Shown: piece by piece, positions 28,225 through 36,797 of the stretch | Layout of the letters: the number at the start of each line of letters is the position of its first letter | How positions within the stretch are numbered: the stretch's first letter is position 1 | Assembly (NCBI GenBank): GCA_964593885.1 | Contig: CAZQKK010000001.1 | Location: 361,929 to 425,928, forward strand | Origin: an uncultured Candidatus Saccharibacteria bacterium | GTDB taxonomy: Bacteria > Patescibacteriota > UBA1384 > CAILIB01 | Reading direction: 5' to 3' | Length of the DNA stretch: 64,000 nt | The notes under the pieces: model-generated | Databases searched by the model: none | The model's input: only the letters and a program-made list of their open reading frames with translations | Told to the model about the DNA's origin: nothing | Position numbers and translations under genes: made by a program

Positions 28225-30189
28225 GTGGATCAGTCACGTCGAAAACGAATTTTCGCTCACCTCGCCATTCTTACACTGATTGGTGGGTGTACTTCAGCTG
28301 CAGCAGGTCTGTGGTACTCAGGTATGTCTGGAGAATTCTCACCAAAACGTGTTGCAAATGTGGGAGAGACACTTGGTGCGAGGAGCTTTGCTTCTAACCC
28401 TGTTGCGGTAACTCCAAAATCATCTGACAGCTTTGTTGAAGGTATCGGGGTGGATACCCACCTAACCTACAGTACCTATCAGGCTCAGTTGGGAACCATA
28501 AAAACACTCTTGAGCCAGAGTGGTATTAGGTTTATTCGGGATGGACTGCCGGGCACCGATAACACCTCCACCGGCTTTAAGGTATTTACTGACAACCTTT
28601 CCCAGTTGGTTACACCTCAGGGAAACCGAGTGAAACTCCTCCTGAGTACTTCATACGGCGAGGATATCTCTTCCAGCAACTACCCAACCCACCACTGCTT
28701 CATTGTACGCGTGAAACGGATTGTCCAGGCCGGAACGATAACGTGCGGGAACGAGCAGATGCACTCTACTGTGGGGGGAACGCCTCTGGTTGCGGTGGAG
28801 GGTCCAAATGAGGTTGATCACTGTGGATCCTTTGAAACAGCGTGTCAGACAGGTGGAGGCACATGGTACGATAAGTCGCTCCGAAAGAGTCCAAACTGGC
28901 CAGTTGTGCTACCAACCTACATGCAGGATTTAAAGACGGTACTTGCAAGTGAACCTGCCACGAGTGGGGTGAGCATTCTAGCGCCATCGCTCGTACATAT
29001 AGAAGAGTACTCAGCGGTTGCAACAGCTGGGCCCTCTAACCTGTACGCCGATATGAAGGCTTCGTTCCAACCAAGTATTAGCTACGGAAACCTGCATGCG
29101 TACTGTGATGATTTTCCACTGAGCACCTGCCTTACTAACCCTGCTAACCTACCGCTCTACCAGCTAAACTCTCCTAAAGACTTCTTCTCCAACAAGCCGC
29201 TCATTGTCAGTGAGACTGGATACTCCAGGTACAATGCATCTGGTAACGACAGCGTGACGCAGGTTGAGCAGTCAAAGATGGGGCTGCGCAGCATAGTTGA
29301 TCTCTTTGACCTAGGTGCATCGCGCTACGTCTTCTACGAGTTCTACGACCAAGGAGCAGGTGCTGCAACACCAAGAGAAGGTAACTTTGGTTTGGTAGGG
29401 AATAACGGCACGCCAAAGCTTGCCTACACCTCGCTCAAAAATACCATTTCACTCCTCCAGGAGACACCAGGAACTTCAATTACCGCAACACCACTGAGCT
29501 ACGCAATTACCAGTACCGGTTCTGCGGTGAAAGGAACGCTGCTGCGAAAGTCTACTGGTACGTACTACCTCCTCCTCAGGAATGAGGTTGCCAGCGTTTC
29601 TGATGCAGACCAAAACCTATCAGCAACCCTAGACTTTGGCACAGCAATCGAAAGCTTGAAAACCTACCGTCCAAGCCTGGGGACTGGGGTGCAGGGGACA
29701 TTCACCGGTCAGTCTATTACACTCACAGTTCCAGATGACCTCCTCATTGCAGAGGTGACGTTGGCATCTGCCTCAAGCGCTTCCTCAGGTCAATCTGGTG
29801 GTTCTACCACTACCGCTACCCCAAAAGCTGGGTCAACCGCAAAGAGCACCGCAAAGGCTACCACATCGCCTGAGGCTACAGCGGTTGGTGGCACAAGTGG
29901 CACCGGTAACGATGAAGGTCAGGGAAGTACCGGAGGCGGCACTGCCGGCGGAGAAACAACTATCGCTCCAGGTGCTACCCCAGGTAGTACTCCGGCGGTA
30001 GAAGAATTTGTTGCAGCGCTGAGTAGTGGCCAGTACGCGGGGATGCTTGGCGGCTCAGCTACGGTACTAGCAGGGATTATCCTAGGAGTTATTGAGCGCG
30101 TGAGGAGGTTACGGAGACTTGCCAATCTCCACGCTGCAACCAGCTACCCGCCCCACCTCCCAGGTGGAGGAGGGTTACTTCCTCACTAA
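28225..30189 (+). CDS. Secreted/lipoprotein-like clan GH-A TIM-barrel glycoside hydrolase with Ser/Thr-rich linker and C-terminal TM anchor.
   Basis: Signal/lipobox-like LTLIGGC. NE acid/base motif in EGPNEVD and nucleophile-like IVSETGYS. C-terminus TVLAGIILGVIERVRRLRRL. Start uncertain (GTG 28225 or TTG 28117). Confidence 0.5.
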   Translation: MDQSRRKRIFAHLAILTLIGGCTSAAAGLWYSGMSGEFSPKRVANVGETLGARSFASNPVAVTPKSSDSFVEGIGVDTHLTYSTYQAQLGTIKTLLSQSGIRFIRDGLPGTDNTSTGFKVFTDNLSQLVTPQGNRVKLLLSTSYGEDISSSNYPTHHCFIVRVKRIVQAGTITCGNEQMHSTVGGTPLVAVEGPNEVDHCGSFETACQTGGGTWYDKSLRKSPNWPVVLPTYMQDLKTVLASEPATSGVSILAPSLVHIEEYSAVATAGPSNLYADMKASFQPSISYGNLHAYCDDFPLSTCLTNPANLPLYQLNSPKDFFSNKPLIVSETGYSRYNASGNDSVTQVEQSKMGLRSIVDLFDLGASRYVFYEFYDQGAGAATPREGNFGLVGNNGTPKLAYTSLKNTISLLQETPGTSITATPLSYAITSTGSAVKGTLLRKSTGTYYLLLRNEVASVSDADQNLSATLDFGTAIESLKTYRPSLGTGVQGTFTGQSITLTVPDDLLIAEVTLASASSASSGQSGGSTTTATPKAGSTAKSTAKATTSPEATAVGGTSGTGNDEGQGSTGGGTAGGETTIAPGATPGSTPAVEEFVAALSSGQYAGMLGGSATVLAGIILGVIERVRRLRRLANLHAATSYPPHLPGGGGLLPH

Positions 30190-31482
30190 CTTTTTTGCGG
30201 GGTGCTTTACCTTTGTAGGGGTGGTAACACGTGCTGTCTTTGGTGTTACACTGACCTTTTTCTTGACTGCTGGGGGAACTGGCAGGCTTGTGGTGGGCTC
30301 AGCAAGTTTCAACCTAATCTCAAGGTCGGTGAGGACGTTGCTCATGATGACGTAGGAGTCATGGGGCGAATCGTACACTGAGAAGTACTTGTGCACGTCA
30401 CCGTCAGACCAGTACTTGGTACACATGTAGTAGAAGTGGTCTGAAGTCTGCAGTTTGCGCCAGGTGTGCAGGAGGTGGGCATCGTTGAGCGCCTTCAACC
30501 TTTTTTCAAAGGTGTAGACCCAGGCAATAGAGTTATCCTGCATGGGGTTACCTAGCCAGGCGGAGAGGTCGCGCTCGGTGTCTGCCCAAGAGACAGCGTC
30601 AGGCATGTCAACCTTGGCTACTGGAGGGTACATGGTAGCAACCTCTGATGGAGTGTTGAAGCTAAACGAGGGGTGCTGCCAGATGGCTTCAGGGAGGTTT
30701 CTAAAGAAGTCAAAGATGCCGGTTTCCACCCACTGGTGCTCACCAATAGTCTCGTAGTCCATGAAGAGGTTGATGGTATCGCCACCACCTGCAACCTGGT
30801 GTACCCACTTGGCAAACTTTTCAGTAGTGAGCGGGTAGTCACCCCAAGTTCTCTGGGAAAACCTGAAGGCAATGTCGTCTGAGAGCTTGTAGTTCTTGAG
30901 GAGGAGCTTCATCCCTCTGCCGTTCTGGGGCTCGTAGACAAAGTTAGGTGATCTCCAGTCTAGGATCCTGTCTACACCTTCGGTGAGCATGGTCTTGAAA
31001 CCAAGGTCTTCAACCATGTCAGCAATACCGTTGCTGTAGATGAGCTCGGTGTTCCTGAAAGTGGTAGGGGTGATACCAAAGAAGTGCTTGGTGGTCTCCT
31101 GGTGCTTCTTCACCTGCTCTCTAAACTCGGTGGCGTTGAAAAGGGCAGCGAGGGAGTGGTAGTAGGTCTCGGTAATGAACTCCACGCAGCCGGTGGCCGC
31201 AAGCTTCTTGAAACTCTCGAGGACGTCTGGGGCATACTCCTCAAACTGTTCCAGGGCTACCCCTGAAATTGAGTAGGCTACCTTGAACTTTCCCTGGTGC
31301 TTGTTAATGAGCTCCAACATGAGCGCGTTGGCGGGGAGGTAGCACTTTTCAGCAACTTTTCGGCAAATTTCTCGATTTACCTTATCGTCAAAGTAGGGCT
31401 TATTTTCGCCAATATCAAAGACGTGGAAGTGCCGCATTCGGTACGGCTGGTGTACCTGAAAGTAGAAACAGACGCTTGGCAT
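30175..31482 (-). CDS. Glycoside hydrolase family 57 protein (alpha-amylase/branching enzyme family).
   Basis: N-terminus FYFQVHQPYR and overall GH57 features. Confidence 0.8.
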   Translation of the reverse strand: MPSVCFYFQVHQPYRMRHFHVFDIGENKPYFDDKVNREICRKVAEKCYLPANALMLELINKHQGKFKVAYSISGVALEQFEEYAPDVLESFKKLAATGCVEFITETYYHSLAALFNATEFREQVKKHQETTKHFFGITPTTFRNTELIYSNGIADMVEDLGFKTMLTEGVDRILDWRSPNFVYEPQNGRGMKLLLKNYKLSDDIAFRFSQRTWGDYPLTTEKFAKWVHQVAGGGDTINLFMDYETIGEHQWVETGIFDFFRNLPEAIWQHPSFSFNTPSEVATMYPPVAKVDMPDAVSWADTERDLSAWLGNPMQDNSIAWVYTFEKRLKALNDAHLLHTWRKLQTSDHFYYMCTKYWSDGDVHKYFSVYDSPHDSYVIMSNVLTDLEIRLKLAEPTTSLPVPPAVKKKVSVTPKTARVTTPTKVKHPAKKLVRK

Positions 31483-31484
31483 AC

Positions 31485-32798
31485 CTACACTACCCCGGCA
31501 ATTGCAGGTTGGAGTTGGAGAGTGGCTGGGGTGAGGCTACCCAAGATATCACGGTAAACGTCATGCATTTTAGCCGCAGCGTGATCCCAGGTGAGGTGTA
31601 GGAGATCCTGGTGACCACCGGCTTTGAGGGCAGCGTGGTGCTCTGGGTGTTTCAGGGTGTGGAGTACTGATGCCGCCATTTCCTCAATGTTCCAGAAGTC
31701 TACCTTCATCACGTTGTCTGATACCTCAGCAACCCCTGACTGCTTTGAGACAAGGGTAGGGGTGCCGTTCTGCATTGCTTCAAGAGCGACGATACCAAAT
31801 GGCTCTGATACTGAAGGCATCACGAAGAGGTCTGCTAGTTGATAGGCACGGTCAACATCGCTCCCTCGGAGGAATGAGCTGAAGAGCATCTTACCGGTGA
31901 GGCCGGTACGCGCGGCGTCTTCAATGCAGCGCTTTTCCATGTCACCACTTCCTACCATGACAAACCTGATGCTTGGGTCTTGGTCTGTAACCGCCTTTGC
32001 AAGCTGAACAAAGTACTCAGGTCCTTTCTGCATGGTGATTCTTCCCATGAAGAGGACGATCTTGTGGTGTGCCTTGAGGGCAGCAAGGTTGAAACGAGCT
32101 GGCTGGCGGTGCTTTGGGATGCCGTTGTGAACCACAGAAATCTTGGCGAGGGGAATTTGGTAGTAGCGGTGGATGATTTCTTTGGTGTAGTGGCTTACCG
32201 CAATGACCCTGTCTGCTTCCTGGAGGCCACGACGTTCAATTTCGATGATGGCTGGATCGCCAAACTCACCACACCTGTCGTACTCGGTTGCGTGAACGTG
32301 GGCGATGAAGGGAACTGTCCTACCGGCGGCCTTAGCCACGGCGCGGGCGGCAATGCCACCATAGTACGTCATCCAATCGTGAGCGTGAACAACCTGGAAG
32401 GATTTGTCTTTCTTGGCAATTGCCTCAGCCTGCTGTGCATACCAAACGGCCTGGGTATTAGGTGAGACGGGAAGGCTCTGGCTAAGGTGTTCAACGAGGA
32501 GACGCTTCTGTTCATCAACAGAGACTCTGGCTCCGTAGGCGAGCTGGTGGGTGATGAGTTCTTTCTGGATATCCTCACGCTCTAATAGCTGTTTCAGGAG
32601 GCTGTCATCGCCAAAATCTACGGCACTAACTACCTCCATGTGGTTGAAGGGAAGTGGACCGAAAATTTTAGGGACAACAAACCTGATGTTGATGTCTTGG
32701 GATGACAAACCTTCAGTCAAACCCAAACATGCGGTACCAAGACCGCCAGAATTGTAGGGAGGTAACTCCCAGCCAAGCATGAGAACGTTGATGGCCAC
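31485..32798 (-). CDS. Glycosyltransferase, GT4/GT5 (glycogen-synthase-like) family.
   Basis: SGGLGTACLGL, HAHDWMT and E..G motifs (FGIVALEAMQNG); 3 nt upstream of GH57 on the same strand. Confidence 0.7.
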   Translation of the reverse strand: MAINVLMLGWELPPYNSGGLGTACLGLTEGLSSQDINIRFVVPKIFGPLPFNHMEVVSAVDFGDDSLLKQLLEREDIQKELITHQLAYGARVSVDEQKRLLVEHLSQSLPVSPNTQAVWYAQQAEAIAKKDKSFQVVHAHDWMTYYGGIAARAVAKAAGRTVPFIAHVHATEYDRCGEFGDPAIIEIERRGLQEADRVIAVSHYTKEIIHRYYQIPLAKISVVHNGIPKHRQPARFNLAALKAHHKIVLFMGRITMQKGPEYFVQLAKAVTDQDPSIRFVMVGSGDMEKRCIEDAARTGLTGKMLFSSFLRGSDVDRAYQLADLFVMPSVSEPFGIVALEAMQNGTPTLVSKQSGVAEVSDNVMKVDFWNIEEMAASVLHTLKHPEHHAALKAGGHQDLLHLTWDHAAAKMHDVYRDILGSLTPATLQLQPAIAGVV

Positions 32799-33115
32799 TC
32801 CTTATAATCTCTTGGGTGGTAGGTGCTTTCTAACTCGCAACCACTATAATCTATACACACCTGGCACGCAACTAGTACAAAAGGCTGTAGGAGCACGCAA
32901 ACAGAAAAACTCTTTCTAGTAGTACTTTTCTCTTTTGTTTAGTGATTCCAACAGTACTACTGGCAACAAATTGCAGTAACAAAAAAATCGGTCTACCGGC
33001 ATCATTCGACTTCCAAGTTATGCTGTGCCGGTAGAATTGGCGCTGAGAGGCCTATGCTGGACTAACGAGATACTTCTGGATACGATACAAGTACTAGTCC
33101 CTAGATGTAACCACC

Positions 33116-34198
33116 ATGCGTAACCGTCCTTTCTGGACCGCGGCAGTAGCACTCCTTGCCTCTCTGGTCTTTGGTGCTTCGCCAATTCTTGCCTCAGGTC
33201 CTGTTCTTGATACTGGAAAACAGCTTGATTCTGAGAAGCCATACGAAACAGCGCAGGTTGTTAGCGATGTCTACTCAAACACCGCAATCTACGGAAAGCT
33301 GGTTGGGGATATCCCTATTGATATCTACAAGTTTGTTCCTGAGAGAGATGGCGAACAAACTATTTCACTCCTCACGGTAAAGCAGGAAGTGAGTGCTAAC
33401 AGCGATCCAATCCTCATTTTGATGGACCCAACTGATGCTACTGAATCTCGTGAGCTAGGTCTTCCGCTACCAAACGATACCTACCACTCAGCACTCATTG
33501 CCCAAGACACAACCGGTAGGAGTATGAGTGAGCCGCTGCTCCTCCAGAGCTACACCGTTGCTTCAGAACAGAGGATTAACCTCAAGAAAGATAAGGAGTA
33601 CTACCTCATCGTCCTTGATCCAGGTCGTCAGGCAGTTCACTACGTTGTGAAGTTTGGTGATGCAAAGTCATGGGGAGCCAAGACGCTATTCAGTAACTTC
33701 GGAACCTGGTTCAAGGTAAAAACTGACAGTTTTGCAGGCACCACTCCTTTCTACTTCAACCCTTCTGTGCTGGGCATTCTCCTCCTGATGCTAGGGCTTG
33801 CTGCAACCTTTGGGATGTGGCTGGTACTCCAGGTGTTTAGCCTCGGTGCAAATCGTTCCAAGAGTGCAGCCTACCTCCTAGTTAAGCTGCAGCCATTCAG
33901 TAGGATTGTAACCTGGGCTGGACTCTGGTTTGTCCTCATTGGAACCTACATCTACTTCTCACGCACTAGTTGGTTTGGCATTCCTTTCGCTGCTATTGTC
34001 TGTTTCATCCCAGCATTTATCACCCAGCTAGTTGAGACCTTTGTGCTCAACCCTCAGCTCCAGAAGATTGATGTTGCTAAGCGCGAGGCTGTTATCCCAC
34101 TTACCCTCAGAAAGAAGCTCTTCGTTGCCTTCGTGATCAACACGCTCAGCTTTGCGGCAACAATCACTTTCCTCAGCATGTACTTCGTTAAGAACTAA
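33116..34198 (+). CDS. Hypothetical secreted-domain plus 4-TM membrane protein.
   Basis: Signal peptide, approximately 200-aa ectodomain, C-terminal TM bundle. Confidence 0.45.
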   Translation: MRNRPFWTAAVALLASLVFGASPILASGPVLDTGKQLDSEKPYETAQVVSDVYSNTAIYGKLVGDIPIDIYKFVPERDGEQTISLLTVKQEVSANSDPILILMDPTDATESRELGLPLPNDTYHSALIAQDTTGRSMSEPLLLQSYTVASEQRINLKKDKEYYLIVLDPGRQAVHYVVKFGDAKSWGAKTLFSNFGTWFKVKTDSFAGTTPFYFNPSVLGILLLMLGLAATFGMWLVLQVFSLGANRSKSAAYLLVKLQPFSRIVTWAGLWFVLIGTYIYFSRTSWFGIPFAAIVCFIPAFITQLVETFVLNPQLQKIDVAKREAVIPLTLRKKLFVAFVINTLSFAATITFLSMYFVKN

Positions 34199-34214
34199 CT
34201 AGTAACGGATCTGT

Positions 34215-34538
34215 ATGGCAAAAATTGCAGCAGCAAAAGGGATGATGGGAGGATTCATGGACTTTGTGCACAAGTACAACGTTCTGCCGCTGGCAGTAGG
34301 TGTGGTGATTGGTGTGGCAGTCAATGATTTGGTAAAGGTTATCGTTGATGGGTTGGTTTCACCTCTCGTATCTTTGGTTACACCAGATGGCGTACTCTCG
34401 AAACTGACCTTTCAAGTAGGAGATTCAGTATTCATGTATGGGGCGGTGATTGATGCCTTCATTAGGTTCCTCTCAGTAGCATTTGTGGTCTACATTGTGG
34501 TGAAGATGGTGCTCCGCAAGAATCCTCAAGAGCTCTAG
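34215..34538 (+). CDS. mscL: Large-conductance mechanosensitive channel MscL.
   Basis: FMDFVHKYNVLPLAVGVVIGVAVNDLVKVIV matches the MscL TM1 core. Confidence 0.8.
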   Translation: MAKIAAAKGMMGGFMDFVHKYNVLPLAVGVVIGVAVNDLVKVIVDGLVSPLVSLVTPDGVLSKLTFQVGDSVFMYGAVIDAFIRFLSVAFVVYIVVKMVLRKNPQEL

Positions 34539-34556
34539 GAATCCTTAGGTGGGTAA

Positions 34557-34595
34557 CGAAAAAAGGACCGGCAGCAATGCCTGGTCCTTTTGAAA
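34557..34595 (+). terminator. Intrinsic terminator after mscL.
   Basis: AAAGGACC-loop-GGTCCTTTT. Confidence 0.6.
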
Positions 34596-34703
34596 ATGGC
34601 GGAGAATGTAGCTTTGGCGAGGCTACCTTGTGCTAAACAGACTGTTCAACACGTCCTTTCACGACTGACTTTGGACGGCGCCGTGAACCTAGAATTCTCC
34701 ATG

Positions 34704-34799
34704 TGGAGCGGGAAAGGGGATTTGAACCCCTGGTGTCCTCAGACACATGGCCTATCGAGTTGCAATATGGGTTGAGCAAAACGAAACACAACTTCCCGC
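34704..34799 (-). tRNA. tRNA-like element (possible class II tRNA or tRNA-derived pseudogene) with encoded CCA.
   Basis: Canonical T-arm AGGGGTTCAAATCCCCT, 3' acceptor strand TTCCCGC plus T plus CCA, and a perfectly complementary 5' strand GCGGGAA 96 nt upstream. The D and anticodon arms could not be folded canonically by eye. Confidence 0.3.
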
Positions 34800-34853
34800 A
34801 CGAGGAAGAAAATACCAAAAGTATAAGGGTTGGTCAAGTAAGTTTATGTCGTC

Positions 34854-35186
34854 CTAGAGAACCGGCCAAATCTGGTTACCTGCTTCGTCTTTCACGATAA
34901 TTGCGTTGAAGGGGCAAATTTGAGCTGATTCAAGGACCCGTTCCTGCATTTCTGCAAGGGAGACATCCTCGGTGTTGAGTAGGTCATTCACGAGCACGGT
35001 ACCATCAGGCGTGGTGAGCAGGTTTCCTGGGTCATCAGAGTTACTACCGTTGTTGGTGAGGAGAACTGCTTTAGATTCATCGTCTAATTCGTAGATATTC
35101 CAGGCGAGGCAGGTCATAGCAGATTGGCAGAGCTCGCGGTCTACCTGCACACTGTGGGGTCTCCCAGTAGGGTTAACTTCGCTCAT
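34854..35186 (-). CDS. Ferredoxin-like protein (single 4Fe-4S cluster domain family) with a degenerate Cys motif.
   Basis: VDRELCQSAMTC...AQICPFNAI aligns with the mono-cluster ferredoxin pattern VD..TC..C..C....CP but lacks the middle Cys. Confidence 0.45.
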   Translation of the reverse strand: MSEVNPTGRPHSVQVDRELCQSAMTCLAWNIYELDDESKAVLLTNNGSNSDDPGNLLTTPDGTVLVNDLLNTEDVSLAEMQERVLESAQICPFNAIIVKDEAGNQIWPVL

Positions 35187-36742
35187 GACGAGGCGGGACT
35201 AAAGACAGAAGCAACACTTCCGGGGGTGAGATCTGAAGGAGGGGTATCTTGCCCGCTCTGGCTACTTGAGATCTGGCGCTTTGGCTGAGGCTTTGGGATT
35301 GCCTGGTTTACGAGGTACTTCACTGCCCACGTGAAGCCTGTGGCCTCTTTCAGAGCATCTTGCACAAGGTAAAGGTTTTTCTTCTCTGAGAGCTTGTCTG
35401 CGTGAAACTTATACTTCACGTAGATGGTGATGGTATTTGCCTCGGCTACGTGGAAAACGGTCTGCCTGAGCAGCTGGCTGATAGGGTAGTTTACCACGGC
35501 TATTGCTTCGCAGCAGGCTTTCCAAGCTTTACGAACATCTACGCTTGCCGGAGCAGGTTCAGCCTCTCGTAGCTCTACCACGGGCACACTTGCAGGAGCT
35601 TTTGCTGGTGAGCTAGTTGGTTTGACGGTAACAATTTGAGGGGTAGCTGCTTCAACCGGGGAAACTGGCTCTTGTGAGGTTTTCTTTGGGGCAACTATTG
35701 GTTTTGGAGAGCTCATACTTTCACCGGAGCCTGCAGAAATTGCCTCAGCGCTCTCTAAACAGGCAATGGTGAGGGGAAGGTTCTGGACAGGAGAGCTCTT
35801 TTGGAGGATGTGTGCCTCGAGGAGGTTCTTGAGAAAGGTGAGGTGGGATGGTTCCAGCTTTACTGAAGTTCTAACCTGGGTAATTGCCTCCTGGATGATC
35901 CAGCTGTACCTCAGGCTTTGGTCAGAGAAGTGCTTGGAGAGGATACTACTAGTAGCATCAGAGGATCCGGAAAGGACCGCTTCACAGAGGCTGCTAATGT
36001 GGTTTGCTGAAACGGTGCCTAGGGCTTCCTCGGCGAGTGCTGTGGTGACGTGAGGGTGTTGGGTGGTGAGCTGCTCGAGGATGGTTTCAGCATCGCGGAA
36101 GCTTCCGTCTGCAGCAGCCGCGATAATCTGGAGAACCTGTGCATCGACCTTCAAAGTATTAGCTGCCGTAATCTTCTCAAGCTTGGTAACGATGCTCTCA
36201 ATGCTGGCTCTTTCAAACCTGATGAGCTGGCAGCGCGACCTAACCGTAGCTGGTAGCTTATGCACATCTGTTGTGGCGAGAATGAAGAGGCAGTGAGAAG
36301 GGGGTTCCTCGAGAGTTTTAAGGAGTGCGTTAAATGCCTCGTTGGTCAACATATGAACCTCATCCACGATGTATATTTTGCGTGGAAGTTGAATTGGTCC
36401 GTACTGTGCCTGCTCGCGCAAGCTCCTCATTTCCTCAATGCCCCTATTTGAGGCAGCATCAATTTCAAGGAGGTCTGGGGTGTGGCCGTTGGTGATAGCT
36501 ATGCAGTTTGGACAGGTACCACACGCCTCAATGCTAGTTTTTGTGAGAACAGGGGAGGTGCAGCAGATGGTTCTGGCAAATACCCTTGCAGTGCTTGTCT
36601 TACCAGTTCCCCTTGGTCCGCTGAAAAGGTAGGCATGGGAGACCCTATCCTTCAAAATAGCCTGTTGGAGGATGTTTCTCGCTTGGTTTTGACCGATGAG
36701 ATCTTTGAACTGGGTAGGGCGGTGCTGGCGGTAGAGTGTCAT
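35183..36742 (-). CDS. dnaX: DNA polymerase III subunit gamma/tau.
   Basis: MTLYRQHRPTQFKDLIGQ..., Walker A GPRGTGKTS and a Zn-module CxxC. Start set at the internal ATG at 36742. Confidence 0.85.
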   Translation of the reverse strand: MTLYRQHRPTQFKDLIGQNQARNILQQAILKDRVSHAYLFSGPRGTGKTSTARVFARTICCTSPVLTKTSIEACGTCPNCIAITNGHTPDLLEIDAASNRGIEEMRSLREQAQYGPIQLPRKIYIVDEVHMLTNEAFNALLKTLEEPPSHCLFILATTDVHKLPATVRSRCQLIRFERASIESIVTKLEKITAANTLKVDAQVLQIIAAAADGSFRDAETILEQLTTQHPHVTTALAEEALGTVSANHISSLCEAVLSGSSDATSSILSKHFSDQSLRYSWIIQEAITQVRTSVKLEPSHLTFLKNLLEAHILQKSSPVQNLPLTIACLESAEAISAGSGESMSSPKPIVAPKKTSQEPVSPVEAATPQIVTVKPTSSPAKAPASVPVVELREAEPAPASVDVRKAWKACCEAIAVVNYPISQLLRQTVFHVAEANTITIYVKYKFHADKLSEKKNLYLVQDALKEATGFTWAVKYLVNQAIPKPQPKRQISSSQSGQDTPPSDLTPGSVASVFSPASS

Positions 36743-36797
36743 GCCCCTAGTATAGCGAAAAGCATGGTACAATGAACCTGTTACAAAGCGAGGGGCA

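Noticed and set aside
34597-34799. tmRNA (ssrA) hypothesis for the tRNA-like region.
   Set aside because: The elements are only 96-104 nt each, with no tag-peptide reading frame or pseudoknot-length spacer; the tmRNA 5' GGGG...GAC start is absent.
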